64,000 nucleotides of DNA from Octopus vulgaris (lineage: Eukaryota). The position numbers and the translations under genes are program-made. Each line of letters begins with the position of its first letter. Positions within the stretch are counted from its first letter, which is position 1. Positions 41,400 to 55,960 of this stretch are shown in pieces. The stretch covers positions 37,324,001 through 37,388,000 of the forward strand of contig OX597828.1 in the NCBI GenBank assembly GCA_951406725.2, read 5' to 3'. The notes beneath the pieces are model-generated. The model did no database searches. It saw only the letters and a program-made list of their open reading frames with translations, and had not been told where the DNA came from.

Positions 41400-41601
41400 A
41401 TCCTTTCTATTATAGGCACAAGGCCTGAAATTTGGAGTGAAGGGCTAATCAAACACACCGACCCCAACTGGTACTTTAATTATCGACCCCGGAAGGATGA
41501 AAGGCAAAGTCGAACTTGGCAGAATTTGAACTCAGATCGTAGCAACGGGCGAAATACTGCTAAGCATTTATTTTCTAACGATTCTGCCAGCTCGCCGCCT
41601 T
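41400..41601 (-). mobile_element. SINE family A (tail 2)
   Basis: Family core and head in reverse complement. Confidence 0.8.
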
Positions 41602-42579
41602 ATGTAAGACAGGCATACATAATGATTCCTTTCCTTTCCACACAGAACAAAGTGTCCTTCCTATTTTAGATACACTATATTTTGAGAGAGATTTCGTTTC
41701 TATGTCTATTAGGTCCTGAGATCATATACAATATCCTTACCTTACTTTGCTTCGTTTCACTTGTGGTTTTTGCTTCTTTTTGTAAACCTCTCTGAAATCC
41801 CAATATACCGCCGTTAAAAAAGATGGACATATTTGGTAATAAAATCTGGAATGAAGAATGTTTTTAGAAACGGGTTGGTCTCGCCTAAAATATTTTTGAT
41901 TATAGGCCTACTTGGTCAGGACTAAACGGGAACAGAACAGCAAACAAAATACAGCAACCACACAAAGAATGAAGAAAAAAAACAACCATTCAACCAACCG
42001 TCTAACCGACCACCCAGGCAAGCAATGGAACAGCAATAACAAGGAAAACAATAGCAATAACAACAACACATGCCAGTAACAGTGGTGGAAACAGTAACGG
42101 AGGCAATAAAAGTTGCGGATTCGTTACGAGAGAAATAAAAAAAAAAAATGACAAAAAAATTAGAAAATATGTTAACAAGGAACAAGGTAACTAAGAGAAT
42201 TTCTAATGAGTTTATAACTACTTCCGGTTTGAACGTAGCGTAATGAAGATGAATTAATTATCTTTGCCAGTGAATATTATTTACTACAACACATTTCAAG
42301 TGCTCAAATGCACGCTCACACACATACACAGAGGTCAACACACATACACATATATATTGAACATACAGACATGTACTCACACACACGCGCACACACACAC
42401 GCGCACACACACACACATACAACACTTATAAAAGCCCTGCATTGACTCATTTACAAACTAACAGAGATTCATTACTTTGTCAGAAGTACATGTATACATT
42501 TTCCCATCCATATATATATCCTTATATATATATATATATATCCTTACATATATGTGTGTGTGTGTGTGTAAGTGTTTGC

Positions 42580-42631
<52 letters not shown>

Positions 42632-42910
42632 TCGTCTGGTGGTACAGTCCAACTGTCGACGGCTTATCATCACCGCCGCCACTAGCTTAACCAGTATCAC
42701 CATCACTGTCACCACCGCCGCTGCAACACCGGCAGAGACTACCACCCCTTCTGCTATCTGCAGTAGTTGGCCATTGAGTACTCTAACAGAAGTACTCTCT
42801 GCAGCAAGCACCAGATTCAGGTTGCCTGTGTATACATGGCTTCTTCCTTCCTCTCTTCCAACCACAAAAATCTTGAAAAATGTCCTAGGGGCTGTCCTTC
42901 TCTATATTAA

Positions 42911-43015
<105 letters not shown>

Positions 43016-43230
43016 GTCTGTCTGTCTGTCTGTCTATTTGTCTATCTTTATATATATAGAGAGATATATATATGATTACTAAAGAGGACTACAAATGTTA
43101 AGGCAAGGTATGCATCTTAAGTCATACACATTATTATTATTATTATTATTATTGTTATTGAAATATCCCCTACTCTGAATTATCCCAGAAACAGCTGTAA
43201 AGCCGAATTGTTTCCAATAATAATGATGAT

Positions 43231-43282
<52 letters not shown>

Positions 43283-43671
43283 TATGACTTGAGATGTTTG
43301 CCTTGCCTTGACGTTTGTTGTCCTCTTTAACAATTATATATCCGCTATATCGGAAATCTGCAACGGCTCCATAACTACTGTCCCGGCTATAAACTTGGAG
43401 CCCTAGTAATCCGTTACAGCACTTAACTAGCGTACCTAATCGCTTAGATCACCAGTGAACTAAACCCCCATACTTTGTATATATAGTATATAGCATATAT
43501 ATATTTATTTATGTTTTGTTTTATATATTACTTGTTGTACTCATTAGTCCAACAAATCGGAGGAGTACTTAACTTTTGTGAAGTGTGGTATTTATTCCAT
43601 CAGTCGCTCTTGCCGAACTGCAACATTACGGGGTGGTAACAAGATGAACACACATACACACACACACACAC

Positions 43672-43710
<39 letters not shown>

Positions 43711-44442
43711 TTCTCTGCATGATTATCTGATGATCATCTTATGATTGGAGGCTCGATTTATTCAATGATTATTTGCTTCTATTATGGGCTGCACTTCTTC
43801 CATTTTAATTTTCCCTGTCATTTTCTACACTGTGTGAGTTTGATCTATTCATATATAAATATATAAAGGCAGCGAACTGGCTCTTTTTTGAGGGGAATTC
43901 CCAAATAGTTATATCTAGAGTGAATTCTGAATTTGGAACGCAGTGAGTCGAAACGATTCTCACAGTACATCGTGTCTGACGCTCAAACAGCTCAGCCAAT
44001 GTGGAAGCCTTAAACTGCAACTTAATATCGAAGGGGTTGAAATACAAAGTTCATCTCAGACGACCTCTAAGTATACATACAGAGTACCACGCAGCTACCC
44101 CAGTTCACATCTATACTTATAACTCAAGTATATTTATCAAAATTCGATATCTGTAGAGAAATGGAAATACGAAGTCTCAGCCAGTCTGACAATTAAAAAA
44201 TAAAGAAAAAGGTTTTCGTTTGCTTCTTGTAATCATTGGGCTGAGGCCATAATAGGGAGCCAGGATGAACGTCTTTTAGTCAAAGAAATCGACCCCAGTA
44301 TTTATGTTGTTAATTATTGTATCGGTCTCTATGCGAGCCCCTAACGTACGGGGACGTAAACATACCCATACCAGTTTTCAAACCTACGCTCGAAAATACT
44401 CACACACACACAAACTCAAAAGTATACACACATACTTATATA

Positions 44443-44696
44443 TATTTGGTTGGCGCATAATTATCGCGGCTTTTTTCAATAAATTTTATTCAACAAAAAC
44501 AATAACAACATTTAACAAAAAACATCTTAAAATAATTATTCTGGAGCATATTCACCATCTACTTCAATTACTGCTTCCCATTTGCTTGGCAGATGGTCAA
44601 ACTGTCATTTAATGATGTTTTTGATAAATGTTGTTATTGTTTTTGTTGAATATACTTTATTGAAGAAAAGCCGCAATAATTACGCACCAAACCTAT
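44443..44696. mobile_element. Mariner-derived MITE with ~80-bp TIRs
   Basis: TATTTGGTTGGCGCATAATTATCGCGGC mirrored by GCCGCAATAATTACGCACCAAACCTATA; mariner-type ends; inserted in the TA tract of a SINE-B remnant. Confidence 0.8.
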
Positions 44697-45297
44697 ATGA
44701 ATCAATGTGCTACGGCACAAATTCGCTTACCAAATTCATCATAAACTACAGTCAGGCCGAAGCGATTGTGGAAGAAAGACACTGGCCCAAGATGCCGAGG
44801 AATGAGACTGAACCTGAAAGCACGTAATTGTAAGGCGAGATTCTTACCCTCAAAGCTATATAAATAATAAATAAAACGAAATGAAATACCCCGACCGAGC
44901 CCACCAAAATTCCTACAGCTACATACGTTGTTATTCATCTTATTGTAGTTACCTATTTATTCGTGATTCCGAATTAGCTACAGTTTAGTAGAATCCATTA
45001 GAGTTATTTATGCCAGCAGAACAGAAGATGGTGTTGTGCTGAAGGGCGGAGGGGGTGGGGGGGCGAAGAGGTAGAATGTTCTGAGGATTTGGTTCTTTAC
45101 ATCCCCTGTGACACATCGTTTCGCTATTTACCGTTGGTTTGTGTAATTCTTGCTGAACACGATAGCAATCTATTGCAGACTTGGGAATTGGTTATCAGGC
45201 TCTCCCCTTTACACATGCACTCACACATTCTCACTCGCACACACACACGTACACACCTATACTCACATATGTATGTACGTATGTTCATATATAAATT

Positions 45298-45328
<31 letters not shown>

Positions 45329-45493
45329 GAATTTATATATATATGTATATATATACATACATACATACATACATATATATATATACATATATATATATAT
45401 ATCTACATACATATATATATATATACATATATACATACATATGTATGTATATATATATATGTGTGTGTGTGTGTTTATATATATATATGTATG

Positions 45494-45536
<43 letters not shown>

Positions 45537-46205
45537 TATATATTCAGATACATACACACATATAGTCATTTACGTGTGTATCCATATACACGCACACATA
45601 TCGATGTGTATGTATATGTGTGTGTGTATATACACACATATATGTATATATGTATATGTATGTGTATACATATATATATGTATGAGTATGTGAGTGTACA
45701 CACACACATATACATATACATACATACCAGTGAATGAGAAGAGATATTTCCCAGGGACGGCTACTGCACGGAAAATAATTAGTAAAGTGGGTGCTAACAT
45801 AAGCTTTCCACGTAGAATGCCAAGATACTTAATTAATTAGAATTACACCCTTAAAGACGAGAGAAAAACCATTATCCTAATGACTGATCCTATTTTGTAC
45901 GTATTTTACCATATGATATTATACATTATAACATTATACATACATTGCGAAAACAGCTAAAAATAATAGTGTGTAGATACTGGAGATGTAGGTTCACGTC
46001 GTTTGGGATGCCATTAATTTTTATTTAATATAAGGGCCTTTTTAAACTAATATTTACATCCTATATACTTTCTGCTTCATTTTCTTGGAAATCCACTATT
46101 TCCAAAAGGAATTATATGTATGCACGCACACACATACATATATATTGATATGCATGTATGTGTGTCTGTGTATCTATCTATCTATATATCTATCTATCTA
46201 TCTCA

Positions 46206-46253
<48 letters not shown>

Positions 46254-46374
46254 GTTGTGTGGCGCTAGAGAGTCGATTTTTGTCGTTCTTTTTCTTTCTC
46301 TTTTTCTCTCTCACACACCTTGTCTGTCTCTCAGTCTCTGTCTTTTTGCCTGTCTCTGTATGCATACATACATA

Positions 46375-46454
<80 letters not shown>

Positions 46455-46459
46455 CTCTC

Positions 46460-46502
<43 letters not shown>

Positions 46503-47659
46503 GTCTATCTGTATATCTATATATTATTCACCACTGTACCCGTGTAAAATTCACACTTGTATTTTGCATGGACTAATCGTTATAAGTCTTTTATACCGAA
46601 AACTACATGCATGCTGAAATTACGGGATCCATCAATTCTCAAATAACGTTACACATCTACTGTTATGAGCGAACTTAGGCATTTAAATGTGTCGCTGTTT
46701 TGAATGCAGGAATGAAATAATTTACGAACATTATTATAGATTAGCTGTCACATATTCGATGCAAAATTGAAAAGCATATGATAACGTCATAGAAACCATT
46801 AAAGAAAATTAAGTACAAGAACGTCATCAAGCACGTTAAGGTTATGAACAATTAATAATCAACTGATAATCAATTATTAATTAATATTAGCAAAATATTA
46901 CTCTTTACAATTTAAATTCTAGTTGATAGATACGAAATTCTTATTCCTCCTTTCTCCTCCTCCTCCTCACCATCATCATCATCATCATCGTCGTCGTCAT
47001 CATCATCACCATGATCATCGTCATCATCACCATCATCATAGATATCAAACAACCTTCTCGTTCCTTCTGTCAACTCTTTCTTTTCATTTCCCACCCATTT
47101 TGCTGCTATATATTCTTGTTTCATATTTCTGTTTTTAGTCGTTTAGATATTCTGCCCACAAACGGTTACCTTCTCCCCCCTCCATGCTACTTTTCGTTTC
47201 CTATCTTCATAAATACTTTCTTAACTGTATCACTTGAAACATCATCGCAGGCATCCTTTAACCGTTATGTTACCAGAGACAAGCTCAGTTTTCTTAGTCG
47301 CCCAGTTTTGGTCAGTTCGGTTCGGCATGAAGACAACGCTGATGGTCCACATCTGACACACCTTATACTTCAATGGTTCGTTAACCCACACATCCAAAGA
47401 TTATGGCAAAAATGTAGGTTCTGCTTGTAGCAAAGCTTGACGTGTTTTCGTCAACTTAATTTAGCCTTTTGTGCAAAGAACTGGCACTGGAGTAATTTTA
47501 TATTTTGAGCTGCTCTTCGTGTCTTATTCTACCTTTTGTTTAACCGTAGCGGCAAACTTGTTATTTAGGTGTTTTTGGTGTTCTCCCGAACATTCAATCT
47601 TGAGGTTGAGGATTATCCGACCAGGATTGAGATTAACATAAATCCCTCAAAGCATATGT

Positions 47660-49693
47660 AATCTGTTTGACTGACCAGGCAGTTCCCGTTGGGCTTCCCA
47701 AGAGGAAGAAACACAAGCCCTGGGTGACGAAGAGGGTTCAACGAGAACGTCGACTCAGAGATATTGCTTGGGCTGAATTCAAAAATCTGGATTCGACTGC
47801 AGCTTTTGAGGTGTACAAAACACAACGAGACCGAGCCGTGAAAATCGAAAAGAAAGAACGCTTCAGTTATGAATACAAAATCGCGGCAAATGCCAGTAGC
47901 AATCCAAAAACCTTCTTTGCCCATGTCCAGCGGAATTCCCGCTTGAACAACCAGATTGCAACGTTGGTAGACTCAACAGGCGTATCGATTGAGGACCCTT
48001 ATCAACAGAGTCAATTATTTGCCGAGGCTTTTTCAACTATTTTCAAACAAGATGATGGTCGTGAACCCCTTCCATTTGATAGATCGGTACCTCCAATGCT
48101 TCGATTGGTCATCACGCGGGACGAAGTCAAACGTGTTATTCAAGGCCTCGATGTCAACAAGGGTCACGGCCCTGACGGCATACACCCACGGGTTATCAAA
48201 GCGTTGGCTCCGGTCATCTGCGAGCCCTTAACGCGACTATTCAATATGTCATTGGCGACGGGTGTTATACCTGCAGACTGGAGAACAGCGATAATCTGCC
48301 CAATTTTCAAGAAAGGGAGCCGCGAAGACCCGCTTAACTACCGACCGGTTTCCCTTACATCAATAATCAGCAAGATGTTCGAAACCATCCTTAAGAAAAG
48401 TATGATGCTCCACCTCCTAAACACAGCCTCTATCTCTGATTCCCAACACGGCTTCGTGCCGAAGAGATCATGCTTGACCAACTTACTAGTAATGGAAGAA
48501 TTGGTGACGCGCATCCTCGATGATAGTGATGCTGTTGACATCGTTTTACTGGACTTTGCCAAAGCTTTTGACTCGGTAAACCACCGCCTATTACTTGTCA
48601 AGCTTCAAGCATATAGTTTCCATCCGGATATTGTACGATGGGTTGGTGCCTTCCTCTCAGATCGCTCCTTCCAAGTCCAAGTTAATGGTTCGCGGTCCGA
48701 CGTCTCCAGTGCGAGCAGTGGCGTGCCTCAAGGTTCAGTGCTTGGGCCCTTGTTGTTCTTAGTCTTCATAAATGACTTGCCCGACGACCTCACGCAACAC
48801 ACCCTTCTATTTGCCGACGATATCAAACTGGTCGCTCCTCGCGGTAATATAGAGGATCTTCGTCGATGCCTCCACCAAATTTGGAAGTGGTCTAACGATT
48901 GGGACCTGTGTCTGAACGTGTCAAAGTGCTGTCATCTGCCTGTCGGCTCTACTCCTGCAACTCAACTTGATTTCGAGCCGGGTCGTCTGCTGCTGGAGAG
49001 GACCGATCAGGTAAAGGACCTAGGTATCTTGGTGGATTCCTCCTTTTCGCCTTCGGCCCAGTGCGTCCATGCTGCCAACAAAGCACGCGGAATTCTGTTC
49101 TTGATTCGACGGTCATTCGGAATGCTCACAGCAGCCATATTCCTACCACTCTATGTCACGCTGGTGAGACCCATATTGGAGTATGGGATTCAAGCCTCTT
49201 CTCCTTATCTCCTCAAAGACATACAGCATCTCGAAAGAGTCCAGAAGCTGGCTACCCGCATGGTTCATGGTCTCAAAAATTTGTCCTACGAAGAAAGGCT
49301 GAGGACGCTCGACCTTTATTCTCTTGAAAAACGCCGCCGCCGTAGTGATCTCATTCTCGCCCACAACATCATAAGCGGAAAGTGTAACCTCTCGAAAGAG
49401 CTGTTCTTCACTCCTGCTCCAGAGCGTCGGCTGCGGGGTCATTCCGAAAAGCTCTACCTGCGACGATTTCATCTCAATCGAAGGAGAGGAGCTTTCTCCG
49501 TCCGGGTTGCGGATCCGTGGAACAAGCTGCCAGACGAGATGGTAAAGATGCCGACGACCGCTTTGTTCAAAGCCTCCCTGGACCTCAAGTGGCCTGAACT
49601 CTTTACATGAACACCACCCTGTACTTAACTCCATGTCTCCCTACATGGCCTTGCTATTTGCTTTTGAGCCAAATTAACTAACTAACTAACTAA
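47660..49693 (+). mobile_element. 5'-truncated CR1-group LINE with (TAAC)n tail
   Basis: Short 3'UTR with hairpin CCATGT-CTCCCT-ACATGG (49631-49648) and TAAC repeats 49675-49693. Confidence 0.9.
47667..49610 (+). CDS. CR1-group LINE ORF2 reverse transcriptase (5'-truncated, open frame)
   Basis: GPDGIHP, NYRPVSLTS, QHGF, DFAKAFDSV, GVPQGSVLGPLLF, FADD and the CR1/L2-type C-terminus LERVQKLATR..YEERL..WNKLP; no stop in 647 codons; endonuclease absent. Confidence 0.9.
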   Translation: MTDQAVPVGLPKRKKHKPWVTKRVQRERRLRDIAWAEFKNLDSTAAFEVYKTQRDRAVKIEKKERFSYEYKIAANASSNPKTFFAHVQRNSRLNNQIATLVDSTGVSIEDPYQQSQLFAEAFSTIFKQDDGREPLPFDRSVPPMLRLVITRDEVKRVIQGLDVNKGHGPDGIHPRVIKALAPVICEPLTRLFNMSLATGVIPADWRTAIICPIFKKGSREDPLNYRPVSLTSIISKMFETILKKSMMLHLLNTASISDSQHGFVPKRSCLTNLLVMEELVTRILDDSDAVDIVLLDFAKAFDSVNHRLLLVKLQAYSFHPDIVRWVGAFLSDRSFQVQVNGSRSDVSSASSGVPQGSVLGPLLFLVFINDLPDDLTQHTLLFADDIKLVAPRGNIEDLRRCLHQIWKWSNDWDLCLNVSKCCHLPVGSTPATQLDFEPGRLLLERTDQVKDLGILVDSSFSPSAQCVHAANKARGILFLIRRSFGMLTAAIFLPLYVTLVRPILEYGIQASSPYLLKDIQHLERVQKLATRMVHGLKNLSYEERLRTLDLYSLEKRRRRSDLILAHNIISGKCNLSKELFFTPAPERRLRGHSEKLYLRRFHLNRRRGAFSVRVADPWNKLPDEMVKMPTTALFKASLDLKWPELFT

Positions 49694-50174
49694 AGAGTAA
49701 ATTATGGCTATAATTGTACACTTGTGTTAATCCGTGTCTTATGTTTCAAAAACCCCATCTTCTAATGAGCTCCACGGATAAAAGATTCCTTGGGATAAGC
49801 TTACCAAAGTTATTACCAAAGGTTTTAAATTTCATTGAATGGTTAATGGAATTTATATAAAATAAAAATTTGGTAATTTTTTGAGGGCTTTACAATGATG
49901 GTATTGTATATATGAATGTCGAAGTCTAGAGATATGCATAATAAACAATACTTACTTTGAATAGAAATCAACTGTGATTATTAAAATCTACCTCTATGAA
50001 ATACACTTCCTGTTTATTCGTAAATATTAGTTCCATCCTACAAACCCATAGCTACATCAAAGAGAACTGAGCAGCGGGTTATTGTAATTAATCATTCAGT
50101 AATTTTACAGTAATTCTTGTGGAGTTTAACACCATGGCCAATGTAGAGTATGGGTGGAGGGAAGAGTAATAGGG

Positions 50175-50565
50175 GGGAGTGGCTGTGTGGTAAGTAGCTT
50201 GCTAACCAAACACATGGTTCCAGGTTCAGTCCCACTGCGTGGCATCTTGGGCAAGTGTCTTCTGCTATAGCCCCGGGCCGACCAATGCCTTGTGAGTGGA
50301 TTTGGTAGACGGAAACTGAAAGAAGCCTGTCGTATATATATATATATATGTGTGTGTGTATGTGTTTGTCACCCTAGCATTGCTTGACAACCGATGCTGG
50401 TGTGTTTAAGTCCCCGTCACTTAGCGGTTCGGCAAAAGAGACCGATAGAATAAGTACTGGGCTTACAAAGAATAAGTCCCGGGGTCGATTTGCTCTACTA
50501 AAAGGCGGTGCTTCAGCATGGCCGCAGTCAAATGACTGAAACAAGTAAAAGAGTAAAAGAGTAAA
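50175..50565 (+). mobile_element. Complete SINE family B
   Basis: tRNA-like head GGAGTGGCTGTGTGGTAAG..GGTTCAGTCCC, internal (TA)n(TG)n, second module, (GAGTAAAA)n tail. Confidence 0.92.
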
Positions 50566-53296
50566 GAGAGAGTACTAAGAAAAATAAGTGGTACCAAAGA
50601 CGAGCTGCAGTAAGAGAGATCATGGATGGTGGGTATGTCCTGAGGAGCTCACTGAGTGAAGGGCCCAGTTGTGCTTATATATATAAACACACAGCACTTC
50701 GAACTCATTTAAACTGAAGTCATCATCACTTATTAAGAACTGCATATCACCGAATATACATACAAACATATATATAAACACATCTAGACACATCTATTTG
50801 TCATAGGAAACCTATAAACCGACTTAATAGGCTGCAATGTATTACTGGTACGCATTTTTATTTTGACAAAAAATCGGACGGACTCAAATCGTAGATAAAC
50901 ATCTAAATTCCATTAAAAACTGAAACTTCGCATTCCTGACAATAAGTATTCTTGCCAGCTACGGTCTCTGTTATTGTTGCACATCTACACATTTTAGGGA
51001 TAGTGTGTAATCGATTAAATCTACCCAAATTAATTACTAGTACTTTATTGACTCCCCTGAACCTAGAGGATAAATCGTCAGGGCGATGGCTGCGTGAATT
51101 GAATGCAGGATGTAAAGGACTGTAATTCAATGACTCAGTGCCTTGTTTCGGTGCTCTGTTGATTCTGTTATCCTGGAAACCTTCGCTATCTACAAAAAAA
51201 AATAATAGTAACAAACATCATTTATACAGTTTAAAAGAAAGATTGTTAACCGTCCATTAAGCTTTCTTCTTTCTTACTAGCACCAAGTCAGAAGTATAGC
51301 TATAACAAGCAAAATAATTATTTATAAGTAAACAGTATAGAGGTCCAGCTGAAAAAAAAATACCAGAATAGAAATATTATTTTGATGTCAAAGAAGCGTA
51401 CACACAAAAAAGAGAAGCAAAATAAATAGGAAAAAAAAAACAAGACAAAATAAAAAATGTAAAATTCTTTTTTTTTTTTTATCGCTGATGACGTATGAGA
51501 CAGAACGACAAGAAAAAAAGGAAAAGAAAATCCCTGAGAAATTGCTTTTAGTAATATTTACCATTCTGCTTTACTCTCGTTGTTTCATTTGTTTACCGTT
51601 TTTTTAAAAAGAAATTACTATTCTATTATTAAACTTATTTATTCTTCATTTTCTTGACGTCCGTCAGAAGGCGCTGCAGTCTATAACAATCATCCGCTAA
51701 AATGATTGACATAAAAATAAAGACAAAATTTCCTCCAGATTGAACTTAGGTTGAGGCATTTTATTTTATTAACCAGAACATTTGCTGATCTTTTTACGAA
51801 GTCATTTTTGTCATAAGGTATCGCTTTGGACATCAATTTGAGCTGATTTCAGATACATCTCACATAAACTGAATACACACGACCTTAGAGAATATCAAGA
51901 GTCACATTAAACCTTTTTTCGATTACTTACGTAAAATCATTATGTTTTAACACAAACTGTATTGCGTGAAACCATTCCATTTCAATTCTTAACTTAACGA
52001 TTCTTATTCTTCCTTTGATTTCAATAATTAGCTAAGACAGTTGGTATGACGAGATACCGTTTTTGAGGTTATCATCAGAGGGTATAATGACTCCAAAACT
52101 TCACAGCTAGCTAGCCATTTTATCTACTTGGGAAGAATTCTAGATTATTGAGGGATCTGATACAAATTCAGAACTTATAAAAATAGGTTCTTTGTTATGC
52201 TTGAGTCCATCCTTTTCTACTCCTGATCATCGCCAATTTCTCCCGGAAAGAGCAGCCAAGAGAAAAATGAAAAAGTTAAGAGAAAAGAAACTATGCTAGT
52301 ACATGGCTATATTTACCGCCATCGAAAAGATCTACGACAAATTGATCACGGCGCTTTCTGACCTTAGACGACAGAGAAGAGGAACGAATAATCGCAAGGC
52401 GTTTTATTTGACTCGTTTGACTCGTTTTATCTGACCCTCGTGCAAGACTATTTCAAATACTGTATCCGGTCAATCTTTATTTATAACAGTGGAAGTGGTA
52501 ATGATGAGGAGAAATTTTATTACAGTGAAATATAAAAGAGGGAAGCAGAAACTAAGAAAAGAAGGGAAAAATTAACAGAACTGGGTCAAAAGAGGAAACA
52601 GTGGAAAATGGGGCAAGGAAGAGGCTATGTGCGAAAGAGGCAAAGGGGAAAGTACACTCTACAGGAGAAATTGAATTTTTTATACTTTACATCCATCTCA
52701 AGGCGACGAACTAGCGGAAACGATAGCGTTCACAACAAAATTCATAGCAGCCTTTCATTCGGCTTTACGTTATGAGTTCAAATGTGCTGAAAGCGAATTT
52801 GCTTTTTTATCCCTTCGTGGTTGATAAAATAAGTACCAATTGCGCACTGGAGCCGATATAATCAACTTGCTCTTTCTCACCAATTTCCAGACCTTTTGTC
52901 TATAATAGAAAGAATTTTTACTCCACCTCTCTTTCCAATATCGCACCCTACAATTTTGGGGAGGGTCGTGGATGTTGAGTCCCCAAGTACCTCCCCCATC
53001 TTACAGTTTCCATCCGGATTCCCAACTGAGACTAGATATTATCCAACTCTCTGGTTCTTAGTCCACGCCTAGTTTTTCTGCCGGTTGGCTCGGCTCAAAG
53101 AAACTATTTTGTGATCTTTTCCTTCGGCATAGAATTACATGTCCGTAATACCGAAAATTTTTCAATTAATTCTAAATATTCTATTTTAGTCTTCTAATCT
53201 TACTTGAGAGTAATCGATAGTAGGCAATGGGGTACAAAGAATCGGTGAACCGTAGAGTTTGGGAGAAAATGAATTCCATTCGTGCATTAATTGCAT

Positions 53297-53555
53297 AGTG
53301 GAGGCGCAATGGCCCAGTGGTTAGGACAGCGGACTCGCGGTTTCGATTCCCAGACCGGGCGTTGTGTGTGTTTACTGAGCGAAAACACTTAATGCTCCAC
53401 GAGGTCCCAACTTTCTATCACTCTTTCTTCCTGTTTCTTGAGTAACGCCTCGATGGATTGGCGTCCCAGCCAGCTGGCGTGGAGAACACATATGCTACAG
53501 AAACCGGGAAACCGGGCCCATGAGCCTGGCTAGGCTTGAAAAGGGCGCATAAAAA
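53297..53555 (+). mobile_element. SINE family C with alternative tail
   Basis: Matches 26789-27071; imperfect TSD ATTAATTGCAT / ATTGATTGCAT. Confidence 0.88.
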
Positions 53556-53983
53556 ATTGATTGCATCCCTTTAAGTTTTCTCTCCGAACCCAACCGGGTA
53601 TCGTAGTGCTGAAGCGATTCTTCTGAGTTTGATGAAGTAAATACCAGTTTAATATTGGAGGTCGATGTAACATACGATACATCTTCACTCCAATCATGTA
53701 GCATTGTATCTACGCGAGAAAATCAATATTTATCCAAACATTTCTTGATATGAAGAAACATGTTGCTTTGCTGTATCAATATTGATGTTTAAAATAGGCA
53801 TTTATTGCAACTAAAATATCTATCTGTAAATCTATCTATCTATCTATTTGTATGCCTGTATGCCTATCTATCTATCGATCGATCGATCTATCTATCTGCC
53901 TGCTTGTCTGTCTATCTGTCTGTCTATCTATCTATCTGTCTGTTTTTCTATCTGTCTGTCTATTTGTACATCTACCATAGCAT

Positions 53984-54045
<62 letters not shown>

Positions 54046-54059
54046 TATATATGTATATG

Positions 54060-54090
<31 letters not shown>

Positions 54091-54609
54091 ATATACACAT
54101 ACACATCCAAACAACCAAACATACACACACACACACACACACATATAATGCATGTACACTATGCACACACATCCCAACGTATGGTTTATTAGTGAACATA
54201 TTCCGTCAGTCCATCTGTCCTCATACACTGATACAGTAGCGCATCCAAATATCATATTGATATTTCGAACAAGTATGACGTCACACTAAATTACAGACCT
54301 CAACGCTGTGACAGTTGGGTGTAATAAAAAATTTCAAAAACAGTGGGACGCTGTGTTGTTTCACGCCTATGGCTTCTTCATAGCAACGATGATATTTGAA
54401 GGGAATTTATTGATACAGGCGTTGTTCGAAAAAGCCGTCTGTAAGTAAATCGATCTGATTTTTCGTTGTTACCTCAGTGAATTCGGGAGACTCAAACAAA
54501 CCATGAATTTCTGGCAGCACACAAAGATAAAAGCCTGTGAGCGCTTGATAGACAATAGAATAAATAAACGGAGAGGGTGGAGAGCAAGTTTGTTCCTTCT
54601 CGATCCACG

Positions 54610-54897
54610 CGTGGCTCATAAGGGCCGGTTTCCCGGTTTCCTTGGCGTATAGGTGCCCCACCTGGACGGGACGCCGGTCCGTCGCAGGTGAGCTGCAAGA
54701 TGCAGGAGGAAAGAGTGAGAGGAAGTTGTGGCGAAGGAGTTAGCAGAAAAAAAAGTTCGCCATTACCTTCTGCCGGAGTTGCGTGGAGCTTAGGTGTTTT
54801 CGCTCATAAACACACACATCGCCAGGTCTGAGATTCGAATCTGCGATCCATCGACTGCGAGTCCGCTGCTCTAACCACTAGGCCATGTGCTTCCACT
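54610..54897 (-). mobile_element. SINE family C with alternative tail
   Basis: Reverse-complement head GTGGAAGCACATGGCCTAGTGG; tail GCGACGGACCGGCGTCCCGTCCAG..GAAACCGGGAAACCGG. Confidence 0.85.
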
Positions 54898-55066
54898 GGA
54901 GATCAAGAGAAAAATATGAATAAAAATAGGAATCGAACCCGTAACTGGAATGCTACTGGGACAAATACAAACACATACATGGATACGTGTATACACACAC
55001 ACACACGCGCGCGCAAACACACATACACACACATATATAAAACAACAGATGGATAATATGCTCATT

Positions 55067-55145
55067 CACTACAGCTGTTTCCAACGAGCTTTTAACTGAG
55101 TAATGGAGAAATTACATTATTGGAAAAGACCGTTTTCATCAGGTG
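55067..55145 (-). ncRNA. Type-I hammerhead motif with extended helix II (partly decayed)
   Basis: Minus strand: CAC-CUGAUGA-AAACGGUCUUUU...AAAAGCUCGUUG-GAA-ACAGCUGU-A-GUG. Confidence 0.55.
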
Positions 55146-55426
55146 GACACATGTATCACAACATTCAAAAACATTCAAGAGGCAAGTTTGTGCCATTTCA
55201 CGATTTTTATGACCAGTTCATATATTATATGTATAGGCGCAGGCGTGGCTGTCTGGTAAGTAGCTCGCTTACCAACGATAATTTTCCGGGTTCAGTCTCA
55301 CTGCGTGGCACTTTGGGCAAGTGATTTTTACTATAGCCTCGGGCCGACCAATTTCGTTTGAGTGGATTTGGTAGACAGAAACTGAAAGAAGCCCGTCGTA
55401 TATATATATATATATATATATACATA

Positions 55427-55960
55427 TACTGATAATTTCTTTTAAAGATTTTATCCTCAATTGTTAATTTATATTTTTCACCGGAATAGTTCAATACTGA
55501 ATATTTATTCCGACTAGGCAATTTATTACCGAAATGTATTGCGAAAAAGCCCGACATTTTCATAGATATGTAAGGATAAACATTCGTACATGCTACGACG
55601 AATTCTACGGTTGGCTATCGAGTTTGTAATGTTATGTTTTTTCTTATATTTCTTGAGTTTGTTGCACTGACGAACATGAAATGCATATTCTGCATTAAAT
55701 GCGAAATCACATGTGATATGTAACTGAATTCTTTTTTAAAATGATGTGTTTTGAAGTTTTGCATTCGGTAAAATTTTGTTTATTTTTAGTAGTTTTGACC
55801 GCATTGGTCCCTCTTAGCGTGTTGGTATCTATGAATAGTAGTACCCTCAATATAATATAAATGAATATTTTCAAAGAGGAAGAATTTACGGATTTTTTCT
55901 CTTACGAGGTTTTTCACGCTGACTACTGATAATTTCTTTTAAAGATTTTATCCTCAATTG

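Noticed and set aside
43180-43205. GAAACAGCTGTA half-hammerhead
   Set aside because: No CUGANGA core or helix II partner upstream.
49694-50130. Possible decayed Penelope RT on minus flanking the CR1 insertion
   Set aside because: Only faint motif resemblance; cannot be supported by eye.
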